Assembly (NCBI GenBank): GCA_963765765.1
Contig: CAVXYC010000030.1
Location: forward strand, 254,916-318,915
Direction of reading: 5' to 3'
Length of the DNA: 64,000 nucleotides
DNA from: an uncultured Chloroflexia bacterium
Lineage (GTDB): Bacteria > Chloroflexota > UBA6077 > JACCZL01
Shown: in pieces, positions 21,693-32,470 of the stretch
Numbering within the stretch: the first letter of the stretch is position 1
Layout: each line of letters begins with the position of its first letter
The notes under the pieces: generated by a model
Database searches by the model: none
Seen by the model: the letters and a program-made list of their open reading frames with translations, nothing else
Told to the model about the DNA's origin: nothing
Program-made: the position numbers and the translations under genes

Positions 21693-23918
21693 ATGCCATC
21701 TTCACTCATCGGCGCGTCCGTTCCTCGCATTGAGGGCCCGGACAAGGTGACCGGTCAGACGCGCTATACGAGGGACTTCACCCTGCCCGGATTGCTGCAC
21801 GCGCGCATCCTGCGCAGCCCGCATCCACACGCGCGTATCGTACGGGTGGACACGAAGGCTGCCAGCGAGGTGCCAGGTGTACGGGCCATCCTGACCGGTG
21901 AGGACGTGCGCGATCATTACGTGGGCAAGACACTACGGGATATGCCGGTGCTGTGCTGGGACCGAGTGCGTTACGTGGGCGATCGCGTGGCGGCCGTTGC
22001 CGCGGAGACGGTAGAAGCCGCTGAAGCTGCCATGCAGGCGATCATCGTGGAGTACGATGAGCTGCCGGCCGTCTACGATCCGATCGAGGCGATGCGGCCC
22101 GATGCGCTGCCGCTGCACGATGACGTGACGAGCTATCTGGGGCCGCCGCCTGAGCGACTAGCTGCTGACCTCCACAATGGAGCCACGCGGCTCTTCTGGC
22201 GGCGCGGCAACTTGGAAGAGGGCTTCGCTAGCGCGGACCTGGTTCTGGAGCACACGTTCAAGATTCCGGCGCGCTCGCAGGGCTACATCGAGCCACACGC
22301 ATGTACCGTGCTTATCAATGATGGGGGACGCATCGAGCTCTGGGCGGCCAACAAGACGCCGTTTCGCGGCCGCACCCAGTTCGCCACGGCCATCGGTGTT
22401 CCTGAGGACCAGATTCTTGTCCACGTTACCAACGTGGGCGGCGACTTCGGCGGCAAGGGCGACGTTGTGGATGCGCCCATCGCCTACTACCTGGCCCAGA
22501 AAACCGGGCGTCCCGTGAGCATTGTGCTGAGCGGCGCCGAGGACTATGCCACAAGCAATCCGGATCAGTACACGCACGTGACTATTCGCTCAGGGGTCAA
22601 GCGCGACGGCCGGATCGTTGCCCGCAGCATGCACACGGTTCATGCTAGCGGCGCGTATGCCGCGCTCAAGCCCAACGGCGCGTACTCCACCTGGCACCAG
22701 GTGGGCGGCTGCTACCAGATCCCCAACGGCGAATACGAGTTCCTGCAGATCTACACCAACACTGCCCCAGGCGGATATTTCCGAGCGCCGGGGGCGCACC
22801 AGTTCGTGTTCGCCACCGAGTGCCATACCGATCTTCTGGCTGCCGAGCTGGGGATGGATCCGGCCGAGCTGCGCTTAAAGAACCTCATGGCCGAGGGCGA
22901 GGAAGATCAGATCGGCACCACCATGGAGCACATCAAAGCGCGTGAGGTGCTAGAGGGGGCTCTGAACGCCGCGGATTGGTATAGCCCCAAGCCCGCCAAC
23001 GTCGGTCGCGGCATTGCGTTGTTCGGTCGCCAGAACGGGGGCGGTCCCAGCGGCGCGATTCTCACGGCCGAGACCGATGGGACGATCAGCATGATCAGCC
23101 CCACCATCGACGTTGGCACGGGCACGCACACCATCATGAAACAGCTTGTGGCCGAGGATTTTGGCCTGCCGCTCGAGAAGATCAGCGTCACGATCGGCGA
23201 CAGCGATCACGTCCCGTACGACGAGGGCCCACGGGCCAGCCGTGTGACCTACACCGAAGGTACGGCGGTCATGAAAGCATGCGCGGAGCTGCGCCAAAGA
23301 CTGTCTGAGCCGGCCGCGGAGCTTCTCGGCTGCCCGGTCGGGGAAGTCCAGCTACGCGATGGCGCGTTTCATGGCGACGGTCGCAGCGTGAGCCTGGCCG
23401 AGGTGGTGGCCATCGCCGACTCCGGCAACCCCGTTACCGCCCGTATCGAGCAGGTGGCACCTGAGCTGGACGAAGTGCGCTACTACTGCGCCATGGTGGC
23501 CGAGGTGGAGGTGGACCCGGAGACCGGGCAGGTCACGGTGCGAAAGCTGATCACATCCCATGATGTGGGTGCGATCATCAATCCGGTCACCCACCAGGGC
23601 CAGATCGACGGCGGGGCCACCACCGGCATCGGCATGGCGCTCACCGAAGAGTTCGTGCTGGAGGACGGTCGCACCGTCAATCCGCACCTGGGCGACTACA
23701 AGATGCCCACGGTGGCGGACATTCCACCGCTCGAGACTGTCCTCGTCGAGTCCGGCGGCGGCCGCGGCCCTCATGGCGCCAAAGCCATCGGCGAGTGGTC
23801 CAACAATACTCCGCCAGCGGCGATTGCGAACGCCGTGGCCGATGCGATCGGCGTGCGCGTGTACGAGCTGCCGGTGACTTCAGAGCGGGTATTTCGGGCG
23901 ATTCGGAAGAGATCCTGA
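21693..23918 (+). CDS. Xanthine dehydrogenase/CoxL-family molybdopterin-binding large subunit
   Basis: RIEGPDKVTG, VRYVGD, VGGDFGGKG, FRAPG, GQIDGG, GAKAIGE. Confidence 0.93.
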   Translation: MPSSLIGASVPRIEGPDKVTGQTRYTRDFTLPGLLHARILRSPHPHARIVRVDTKAASEVPGVRAILTGEDVRDHYVGKTLRDMPVLCWDRVRYVGDRVAAVAAETVEAAEAAMQAIIVEYDELPAVYDPIEAMRPDALPLHDDVTSYLGPPPERLAADLHNGATRLFWRRGNLEEGFASADLVLEHTFKIPARSQGYIEPHACTVLINDGGRIELWAANKTPFRGRTQFATAIGVPEDQILVHVTNVGGDFGGKGDVVDAPIAYYLAQKTGRPVSIVLSGAEDYATSNPDQYTHVTIRSGVKRDGRIVARSMHTVHASGAYAALKPNGAYSTWHQVGGCYQIPNGEYEFLQIYTNTAPGGYFRAPGAHQFVFATECHTDLLAAELGMDPAELRLKNLMAEGEEDQIGTTMEHIKAREVLEGALNAADWYSPKPANVGRGIALFGRQNGGGPSGAILTAETDGTISMISPTIDVGTGTHTIMKQLVAEDFGLPLEKISVTIGDSDHVPYDEGPRASRVTYTEGTAVMKACAELRQRLSEPAAELLGCPVGEVQLRDGAFHGDGRSVSLAEVVAIADSGNPVTARIEQVAPELDEVRYYCAMVAEVEVDPETGQVTVRKLITSHDVGAIINPVTHQGQIDGGATTGIGMALTEEFVLEDGRTVNPHLGDYKMPTVADIPPLETVLVESGGGRGPHGAKAIGEWSNNTPPAAIANAVADAIGVRVYELPVTSERVFRAIRKRS

Positions 23919-23931
23919 GCCTGGCCGGAAT

Positions 23932-24669
23932 ATGCCCGACGCTCTGACGGCTGACGAATACATCACGCGCCTGCAGGCTCATCAATCCGATGATGAGCTG
24001 CGCAAGATCCAGCGCTATTTCAAGTCTGGCGTCGGAGAGTACGGCGAGGGCGATCAGTTCATGGGCGTGCGTATGGGGCAGGTCTTTGAGCTCAGCAAGG
24101 AATTCATCGACCTTCCCCCGTCAGAGATAGAAAAGCTGCTCGAGAGTCAGATCCATGAGGTACGCGCCGGCGGTGTAAGCGTCATGGACAAGCAGGGTCG
24201 GCGTAAGAGTACTCCGGGGTCGCGTCGGAAGGAGCTTTACGATCTCTTTCTGCGGCGCATCGATCGAATCAATAACTGGGACCTGGTAGACCTTGGCGCA
24301 CCGTTCGTCGTGGGGCGCTATCTGTTCGAAAAGCCACGCGATGTGCTGTACGGACTCGCAGCGTCCGAGAATGTCTGGGAGCGCCGCACGGCGATCGTCA
24401 GCACCCTTTATTTCGTTCGTCAGGGAAGCACGGACGATATTCTCCCTCTTGCGGAGATGCTGGTGAACGACCCTGAAGACTTGATGCACAAAGCGGTTGG
24501 GATGATGCTGCGCTGCGTGGGAGTGATCGATCGGCCGGCTCTCCTGGCGTTCCTGGACAAGCACGCGATGACGATGCCACGCACGATGTTGCGCACGGCC
24601 ACGGAGCATTTCGATATGGATGCTCGCAGTCACTACTTGGGACTAAGGCAGGCAAGAGCCAGCGGTTAG
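23932..24669 (+). CDS. DNA alkylation repair protein (AlkD-like HEAT-repeat glycosylase)
   Basis: GEYGEGDQFMGV, INNWDLVD, WERR, KAVGMMLR, MPRTMLR. Confidence 0.88.
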   Translation: MPDALTADEYITRLQAHQSDDELRKIQRYFKSGVGEYGEGDQFMGVRMGQVFELSKEFIDLPPSEIEKLLESQIHEVRAGGVSVMDKQGRRKSTPGSRRKELYDLFLRRIDRINNWDLVDLGAPFVVGRYLFEKPRDVLYGLAASENVWERRTAIVSTLYFVRQGSTDDILPLAEMLVNDPEDLMHKAVGMMLRCVGVIDRPALLAFLDKHAMTMPRTMLRTATEHFDMDARSHYLGLRQARASG

Positions 24670-24989
24670 CCTCCATCGCGACGGATCTGGCGTTCAAGTT
24701 GTCGATGCCAGCTAACTCGAGATGCCACAGCGACATCAAAAGCCGCACGTAGCGTTTTGGTAACGCCTGTGCACCGCGCCGCCTTCTGGAAATTCCCAGC
24801 CGGTGCCGGAGAGCACTAAAAATGCGGTGCTTCGCGCACGCATTCGAAGCGCTTGGCACATGTACGGTGGAGTAGTAGCATAAAGGATCTTCTCTGCGGC
24901 GCTACTCCGGAACGATGCCCGAACGGTCGCTGCGCCGAAGATTCGGTTGCAACGGGGACCGAAGCGAATTTCGACCAGCGGGTAGGAAG

Positions 24990-25727
24990 ATGCCGATACA
25001 GAAACGACTCGTGGCAGAAATGCTGGGCACAGCGTGGCTGGTGTTGGGCGGTTGCGGGAGCGCCGTGATCGCGTCGGCATTTCCTACTGTCGGTATCGGG
25101 CTACTAGGCGTCTCACTGGCATTCGGCCTCACCGTGCTCACGATGGCATATACCGTCGGCCCAGTTTCCGGGGGCCATTTCAATCCGGCCGTGACGGTGG
25201 GACTCTGGGTTGCTAAACGTGTCCCCTCGCGGGACGTTTTGCCCTACATCGTGGCCCAGGTGATCGGCGCCATCATCGGCGCGGGCATTCTGTTGCTCAT
25301 TGCCAGTGGTACGGCAAGCTTCTCTCTCAGCGGCGGGTTTGCATCGAACGGCTATGCGGAACATTCGCCGGGTAATTACTCGCTCCTCGCCGGCTTCGTC
25401 GCGGAAGTAGTCCTGACGTTCGGATTCTTGTTGGTAATCCTGAGCTCTACCGACCTGCGAGCGCCGCAGGGCTTTGCGCCTATCGCCATTGGGCTGGCGC
25501 TCACGTTGATTCACCTGGTCAGTATCCCGGTTACTAACACGTCAGTGAACCCCGCGCGCAGCACAGGGCCGGCCGTTTTCGTTGGCGGCTGGGCGCTGGC
25601 CCAGCTGTGGCTTTTCTGGCTGGCGCCGATCATTGGCGCCAGCATTGCCGGGCTTGCGTACGGCTGGTTGGCCAAGGGTCCAATCGAAGCCATTGGCTCC
25701 ACGGAACCGCCGCCGGTTGAGGTCTAG
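24990..25727 (+). CDS. aqpZ: Aquaporin Z
   Basis: [45 protein letters not shown]. Confidence 0.96.
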   Translation: MPIQKRLVAEMLGTAWLVLGGCGSAVIASAFPTVGIGLLGVSLAFGLTVLTMAYTVGPVSGGHFNPAVTVGLWVAKRVPSRDVLPYIVAQVIGAIIGAGILLLIASGTASFSLSGGFASNGYAEHSPGNYSLLAGFVAEVVLTFGFLLVILSSTDLRAPQGFAPIAIGLALTLIHLVSIPVTNTSVNPARSTGPAVFVGGWALAQLWLFWLAPIIGASIAGLAYGWLAKGPIEAIGSTEPPPVEV

Positions 25728-25876
25728 CCGATTAAACTCGAGCTTGGATGCGTCTTCGCACCCAACGTTCTGTCTTGTAGAGGCGGCGGGACGCTGGTGT
25801 CGTGACCGATGACACCTGAGCGCATGCAAGGGGCTAGCGACTCGCGTCTGGCCATGGCGACCCAGGGGAGTGCTGC

Positions 25877-26311
25877 TCACTGAAGGCAGAACTCGTTTCC
25901 TTCGGGGTCCTGCATGATGACCCAGTGCTCACCGCGCTCGTCGAGCTCGCCCACTTTCCGCGCGCCAAGCCCAAGGAGATGATCGGTTGCGGCCGCGACG
26001 CGACCGCGGCGCTGGTCGGGCGCGGCATCAAGGCCGCCGCCGACGTTGACATCCAGGTGTACGCGATTCTTTACCGACTTTGGCTCAGGCACCTGCTGGA
26101 AGAAGATCCTCGGCCCTGCACCCGCCGGGTCCACGATGGCGCTGGCGGAGTTCCACAAGCTCTCCGGGACGCCGCGCGTTTTCAGAAAGTCGATCCACGT
26201 GTCGAAGCCTTCGGGCGGCGGCTGAAGCTGGTAGCCGAGCGCGGCAGCCCAGAACTTCGCCAGCCGGTCGGGGTCTGCGCAATCGATGGTGACCTGGAAT
26301 GTCATTGCCAT
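25877..26311 (-). CDS. VOC family protein (Glyoxalase_6)
   Basis: QVTIDCADPDRLAKFWAAALGY, KNRVHLDV, DPEGNEFC. Confidence 0.9.
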   Translation of the reverse strand: MAMTFQVTIDCADPDRLAKFWAAALGYQLQPPPEGFDTWIDFLKTRGVPESLWNSASAIVDPAGAGPRIFFQQVPEPKSVKNRVHLDVNVGGGLDAAPDQRRGRVAAATDHLLGLGARKVGELDERGEHWVIMQDPEGNEFCLQ

Positions 26312-26694
26312 GGTTTGACTCCGTGTATTCCGCGATTGACGGATTGACGCGTGATTAGACCCGTCTCTTGATAGGAAAGAACGAATAACGCCATGGAACC
26401 GGCTGAAGTGCGCGGACGTGTCTGAACAAGGCACGAGAGCTACGATCTGCTCGAGTAGATCATGCCAACGCTTTAAATGGATATCCTCCGCCCTGAATGG
26501 AATCGCCATACTTTACCTCAGGAGCCTTCGTCATCCTGTATGTCCCATCGGGACATACACTGGTGGGGGTAACTGGTCGTCGTAGCTCCAGGGAGGGGGT
26601 CCGGGGGAGGGGCTATCCCCAGGGGATACTTGCTCCGCTCGGTTTGAAAGCGGCGAAGACCGCCGCGGCCCAGAGCGCGTCTATACTGCGCGTC

Positions 26695-27744
26695 ATGCAT
26701 GTTGTTCTTATTTCACGCTTGCCAGCGCGGCAGATTGCCGAACTGGGCGCGATCGATCCTCGAATCAGGGTTACGGATGCTCGGGAGCTTTTCGCCGCCG
26801 AGATCGTGGCCGACTGGCCGGCGCACACTATTGCTCGGTATCTACGCCAACCGCTCTCCGAGATAACGGACAGTCCGGAACACGCCGCACAGCGCGAGGC
26901 GCTGTTGCGAGACGCCGATGTTCTCGGGATCGCCTTCCCGTATCCGAAGCGACTGGTCAGCCGAGCGCCAAAGTTGAAATTCGTTCACCAGTTCCCAGCC
27001 GGAGTCTCCAATCTGGCCCAAAGCGACCTGTGGGGCGGACCAGTGCCGGTGTCATCGGGCCGTGGCGCTAACAATCCACTGCCAATCGCCGAGTGGGCCA
27101 TTGGCGCGGCACTCGCGCTCTGCAAGGGATTTCCCCTCGCCGCGGCGCGTCGCCAGGCGCCCTTGTCCATGCGTGTTGCGTTTCAAGGTCGGCAAATCGC
27201 CGGCAAGACTCTGGGTGTGGTGGGCCTTGGCGGCATCGGGCAGGAGGTCGCGCGTCTTGGCTCAGCCCTCGGCATGCGGGTTGTCGGAACCAGACGTTCC
27301 GCGGAGCCAGTGCCGGGAGTGGATCATGTTTATCCGGCGGCTGAGCTCGAGACTATGCTCTCCGAGTGCGATATCGTCGTCGTGGCCGCGCAATTCACCA
27401 ATGAGACGTATCATCTCCTGAACGAGAGCGCCATAGCCGCTATGAAACCGGGATCATTCCTCATCAACGTTGCGCGTGGTGAGCTCATTGATGAGTCGGC
27501 ACTCTTCCCGGCCATGCACTCGGGCCATATCGCGGGCCTGGCAACTGATGTCTATGAAGGCGAGTTTGAGCACGCCCCGCCGGACGAGCTGCTCACGCTC
27601 GAGAATGTCATCTTCACGCCCCACACATCCGGCCAGAGCGAGGAGCGTGAGTTCGGCTCCCTCGCGATCTTCAAGGAGAATCTCCGCCGCTGCCTCAATG
27701 GTGAGCCGCTAATCAATCAAGTTGATTGGGAGCGGGGTTACTAG
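26695..27744 (+). CDS. D-2-hydroxyacid dehydrogenase family protein
   Basis: GVVGLGGIG, LINVARG, DVYEGE, TPHTSG. Confidence 0.9.
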   Translation: MHVVLISRLPARQIAELGAIDPRIRVTDARELFAAEIVADWPAHTIARYLRQPLSEITDSPEHAAQREALLRDADVLGIAFPYPKRLVSRAPKLKFVHQFPAGVSNLAQSDLWGGPVPVSSGRGANNPLPIAEWAIGAALALCKGFPLAAARRQAPLSMRVAFQGRQIAGKTLGVVGLGGIGQEVARLGSALGMRVVGTRRSAEPVPGVDHVYPAAELETMLSECDIVVVAAQFTNETYHLLNESAIAAMKPGSFLINVARGELIDESALFPAMHSGHIAGLATDVYEGEFEHAPPDELLTLENVIFTPHTSGQSEEREFGSLAIFKENLRRCLNGEPLINQVDWERGY

Positions 27745-27787
27745 GTCCTAGAATCTGAAACATTCCCGGTTAAGAGCGGCCGAGATG

Positions 27788-28501
27788 TCACACCTGCTCG
27801 AGCTGCCTTGCCAGGTCAACGAAGTCCTCGGCCACGAAGTCGAATTCGTCTGGCTCGGGGACCTCGGCGGTGCCGTTCGGGCCCCACTCGTGAGGACGTG
27901 CTACGAACGCGGTCCTTAGTCCGTTGGTGCGAGCGGCGCGCAGATCGTAGACGTGCGCGGCTACCATCATCACCTGGGAAGGTTTGAGCTGGAGAAGCTC
28001 CGCTGCTCCCAGGTAGACGCGGGGATCCGGCTTGTAGGCACGGAACAGCTCTACGCTGAATACTGAGTCCCAGGGCAGCTTACCGAAGCGAGCGAGCTGA
28101 ATGAGCTGCCAGACGCTGCCGTTTGAAAGCGCGCAGACTACGAAACGCTCTTTCAGACGAGCAAGCCCTGTAGCCGCGTCCGGCCAGGGCGCCAGACGAC
28201 GCCAGACAAAGCTCAGCTCAAGCTTCTGCGCATCCGTAAGCGAAGTGATCCCGTAATCGCCGAACACCTGCTCCAGCATTACGAGCTGGAGCTCGTCAAA
28301 CGATCCCCACGGTCGCTCGCCCGTGGTGACCGCGGCGATCGTTGGTCGATACAGCCCACGCCATTTGTCCGCAATTTCAGGCCAGTCGGGGCGGTCCAAT
28401 AACGCCTGACCCTCGCGAATGACCGAGGTACGCCAGTCTACCACCGTGCCGAACACGTCAAAGGTGAGCGCCTGTACATCGAGACTCACGGGTGGGTCCA
28501 T
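27788..28501 (-). CDS. Haloacid dehalogenase type II (start may be GTG 28489)
   Basis: FDVFGTVVDWR, LSNG, YKPDP, MVAAHVYDL. Confidence 0.92.
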   Translation of the reverse strand: MDPPVSLDVQALTFDVFGTVVDWRTSVIREGQALLDRPDWPEIADKWRGLYRPTIAAVTTGERPWGSFDELQLVMLEQVFGDYGITSLTDAQKLELSFVWRRLAPWPDAATGLARLKERFVVCALSNGSVWQLIQLARFGKLPWDSVFSVELFRAYKPDPRVYLGAAELLQLKPSQVMMVAAHVYDLRAARTNGLRTAFVARPHEWGPNGTAEVPEPDEFDFVAEDFVDLARQLEQV

Positions 28502-28528
28502 CTCGTTTGTAGCAACGGTCTTGGAATG

Positions 28529-29755
<1,227 letters not shown>

Positions 29756-29770
29756 CGTTCAAGATACAAG

Positions 29771-29836
29771 TGCGGAATTCATTCCGCCGTCTTTTGACAT
29801 TGCACGGGACCGCGGAATGAATTCCGCACTACAAAC
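29771..29836. repeat. GTAG-type REP inverted doublet (family C), left copy split by the IS110
   Basis: gtttgtag (28505-28512) plus tgcggaattcattccgc (29771-29787) is the exact reverse complement of gcggaatgaattccgcactacaaac (29812-29836). Confidence 0.9.
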
Positions 29837-29856
29837 AGCTCCCGTTTCCATCAAAT

Positions 29857-30645
29857 CTAGCTATCCGGACCGAAAATCGCCGCGAAGCGATCCGCCACGT
29901 CGCGGGAGCCTGTTACTTCGAACTCCGGGCGATCGACCCGAACGCGGCCGTAGACGGCGAGCGCCAGCCAGCCCGGGGACGCGGTGATCGTATCCGTCGC
30001 GCAATCAGCGGACGAGGCCACCACGCAGCCATCGCCGCTCACGTCCAACTGCCAACGCGCCTCAGGGGTGGCCACGATAAAGGACTGCGTGGCATCGGGC
30101 GATTTCTTAGCACCGAAGAGCTGGCGAGTCGGCTCGAGTAGGAAGGGCAGGAGATATGCGCCTAACTCATCGTCCAGCGGCTTGTCTGCCCCAAGCGAGT
30201 ATTCAAGATCCCAGCGATGAAACGCGGTCTCGGAAAGAAGCTGAGTGCAATACCATGACAGCGGTCGCTCTCCCTGCGGATGCGGAAATGAGTAGTCCTC
30301 CAATGCCGTGTCGGTGCATGCTCCTATCGTCGCCGCGATTCGTGCGTACTCAGAGCGCTGGAGCGCGGCCCAGTCTCTGGGTGTCATCGCTCTAATCTCA
30401 TCCTCGCGCGGCTTGGCGGCCGGCCCGAAGGCCGGTGTGCGGTCACCCTCGAGACCGCGTTCTATTGCTCGCAATATGGAGTCGCACACCCGGGTGATGT
30501 GCACGGCCAGATCGTTCACGCTCCAGTTGGCGAGATTGCTGGGCGCTTCACGCTCATCGGGCGTCAGCGTAGCGATACGCTCGCACAGCGGTGCCTGCTC
30601 GGCATCCAGCTTGCGCAAACTCAATCGCGCATCTACGGCTTCCAT
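29857..30645 (-). CDS. Maleylpyruvate isomerase (MDMPI)/DinB-family thiol-dependent enzyme
   Basis: APSNLANWSVNDLAVHI, ETAFHRWDL, C-terminal SCP2-like LALAVYGR. Confidence 0.82.
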   Translation of the reverse strand: MEAVDARLSLRKLDAEQAPLCERIATLTPDEREAPSNLANWSVNDLAVHITRVCDSILRAIERGLEGDRTPAFGPAAKPREDEIRAMTPRDWAALQRSEYARIAATIGACTDTALEDYSFPHPQGERPLSWYCTQLLSETAFHRWDLEYSLGADKPLDDELGAYLLPFLLEPTRQLFGAKKSPDATQSFIVATPEARWQLDVSGDGCVVASSADCATDTITASPGWLALAVYGRVRVDRPEFEVTGSRDVADRFAAIFGPDS

Positions 30646-30673
30646 GTCATTCTCCTCACCTTGAGCGTGCTAG

Positions 30674-30691
30674 TATACGACCAGTCAACTA
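30674..30691. promoter_or_regulatory. Putative TetR operator between divergent MDMPI and tetR genes
   Basis: Minus strand reads TAGTTGACTGGTCGTA, resembling the NemR-type TAGACCGACTGGTCTA box; it abuts the tetR ATG. Confidence 0.35.
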
Positions 30692-31311
30692 TGGGACGAC
30701 CAAGTACGGCCCGGGAGCGACTCCTCGATAGCGCCCGGAATCTCATACATTCGAGCAATTATGGATCAGCCAGCGTTGAGGACCTATGTGCCGCCGCGCA
30801 GGTCAACAAGGGCAGCTTCTACTATTTCTTTCCGTCCAAGCGTGATCTCGCGCTGGCAGTACTGGATTCGCAGTGGGAGCGTGCCAGGAGCAACATGCTG
30901 GAGCCGACGTTCGCCACTGACGTTGGTCCACTGGAGCGCTTCGATCGATTCTTCACTCGCGTTGCCGAGCACCACAACCGTCCTGTTGTCCTGGGCTGCC
31001 CCTTCGGAAATCTGGCCGTGGAGCTGGGCACTCTGGACGAGCCCATTCGGGATCGCGTTCGCGACATCCTGGAAGGCTATCGAGGGTATTTCAAAGCCGC
31101 CATTCAGGACGCTATCCTGGTCGGCGCCATAGAGCCTGTCGATGTGGACATCGCTTCGCAAGCGCTGGTGGCCTATCTCCAGGGCGCATTGCTTCTAGCC
31201 AAGACTCACAACGACGCTCAGATGATCTATACGCTGGGCCAGCATGCGCGGACGATCCTTGGCGTCGCACCGGTAGCCCGATCTTCCGTGGGAGCATCAT
31301 CGAATGACTGA
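30691..31311 (+). CDS. TetR/AcrR regulator, NemR-like
   Basis: HTH VNKGSFYYFFPSKRDL; GCPFGNLAVE in the C-terminal domain. Confidence 0.92.
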   Translation: MGRPSTARERLLDSARNLIHSSNYGSASVEDLCAAAQVNKGSFYYFFPSKRDLALAVLDSQWERARSNMLEPTFATDVGPLERFDRFFTRVAEHHNRPVVLGCPFGNLAVELGTLDEPIRDRVRDILEGYRGYFKAAIQDAILVGAIEPVDVDIASQALVAYLQGALLLAKTHNDAQMIYTLGQHARTILGVAPVARSSVGASSND

Positions 31312-32299
31312 TTCAGCCGTACGCGATTACACGCAAGCCGGGCCCCAAGTGGGCGACGTCTTTCCCGATATGAGCTTGCCTGACCAAACCGGAGCGCTGG
31401 TTAATCTCCACGAGGCTCGGCGCGGTAAACGCGCCATCATCGTCTTTCACCGCAGCGCGCGTTGGTGACCATTCTGCCGTGTGCAGCTCGTGGAGCTGCA
31501 GAACGTACTTGGCACCCTGCGTGAACAGGATTTCGCGCTATTTGCCGTCAGCTACGATCCGGTGACTGCTCTGGCGGACTTCGCTCAACGCAATGAGATC
31601 GACTACCCGCTTCTCAGCGATGAAGGCAGCCGTGTCATCAGCGAGCTGGGACTCTTGGACGAGGATCTGGACACGCATCATGCCGCGTTTGGTGGTCAGG
31701 TGCGCGACGAACAGCGCGGCGTTTGCTACCCCGGCGTGTTCATCCTGGATGAGCAGGGCGTTGTGACGCAGCGGCGATTCCAGAGAAACTACCGCGTGCG
31801 GGAATCGGGCGCGAGCTTGCTTGCACAGGCGCTCAACATCGACGCTCCGGCTGTGGGATCCCCGGCCGAAACCAGCGAGGATGAGCTCGTTCGAATCACC
31901 GCCCGACTTGATTCACCGACATACTGGCGGTATCAGCGGGTCCGGGTGATGATCGATCTGAGCATCGAGCCCGGGGCGCACGTCTTTGCTGCGCCGTCTC
32001 CATCAGAGTACACACCACTCAACATCGAGGTCTCGGCGAATCGCGCCATTATCGGTGAATCCGAGTTGCCAGAACCGCGGGCATTCAAGCTCGAGGGCCT
32101 CGACGATGATCTATGGGTCTACCAAGGCAACCTGCATCTGAGTGTGCCATTGGAGTTCGTCATGGATCGCGGCGACGGCATGGGCGATCAGAGCATAGCC
32201 GTCCGTGTGCGCTACCAGGCGTGCAGTGAGACGACCTGCTATCCGTCCACGGAAGCAGCGTTTGAGCTCGCTGCTAGTGCGCGGCCGGATGTAGCGTAG
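31304..32299 (+). CDS. Selenoprotein: AhpC/TSA peroxiredoxin-like domain (UxxC) fused to a DsbD-alpha-like Ig domain, 331 aa
   Basis: ATG 31304 reads GPQVGDVFPDMSLPDQTG...IIVFHRSARW-TGA(31466-68)-PFCRVQLVELQ, in frame with ORF 31481..32299; AVSYD, YPLLSD, C-terminal YQACSETTCYP. Confidence 0.85.
31482..31500 (+). promoter_or_regulatory. Bacterial SECIS-like hairpin
   Basis: TGCAGCTC-GTG-GAGCTGCA, a perfect 8-bp stem with the loop G 22 nt after the UGA. Confidence 0.7.
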
Positions 32300-32308
32300 C
32301 CGTTGGCT

Positions 32309-32402
32309 TCCTCGCCCTTTGGGAGAGGGCTGGGGTGAGGGACTCGCAATGGGGGATATCGAGGTACCCTCACCCTACTCCCTCGCCCCAAAGGGTGAGG
32401 GA
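32309..32402. repeat. REPIN-like family A element
   Basis: gggagagggctggggtgaggg ... ccctcaccc...ccaaagggtgaggga; shares the spacer ctcgcRatgggggatatcg with 44928-45021. Confidence 0.8.
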
Positions 32403-32411
32403 GTAGGGTTG

Positions 32412-32441
32412 TTGACTGAACGGTACAGAACACCCTAGACT
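32412..32441 (+). promoter_or_regulatory. Putative sigma70 promoter of the DsbA-family gene
   Basis: TTGACT-N18-TAGACT, about 30 nt before ATG 32471; RBS GGAGG. Confidence 0.5.
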
Positions 32442-32470
32442 GGCGCGACAGGAGACGGAGGACGTTTTAG

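Noticed and set aside
26590-26626. G-rich tract (gggagggggtccgggggaggggctatccccagggg) as a G-quadruplex or fourth repeat family, compare 40500-40545
   Set aside because: Similarity between the two sites is weak and short G-runs are expected at this GC content.
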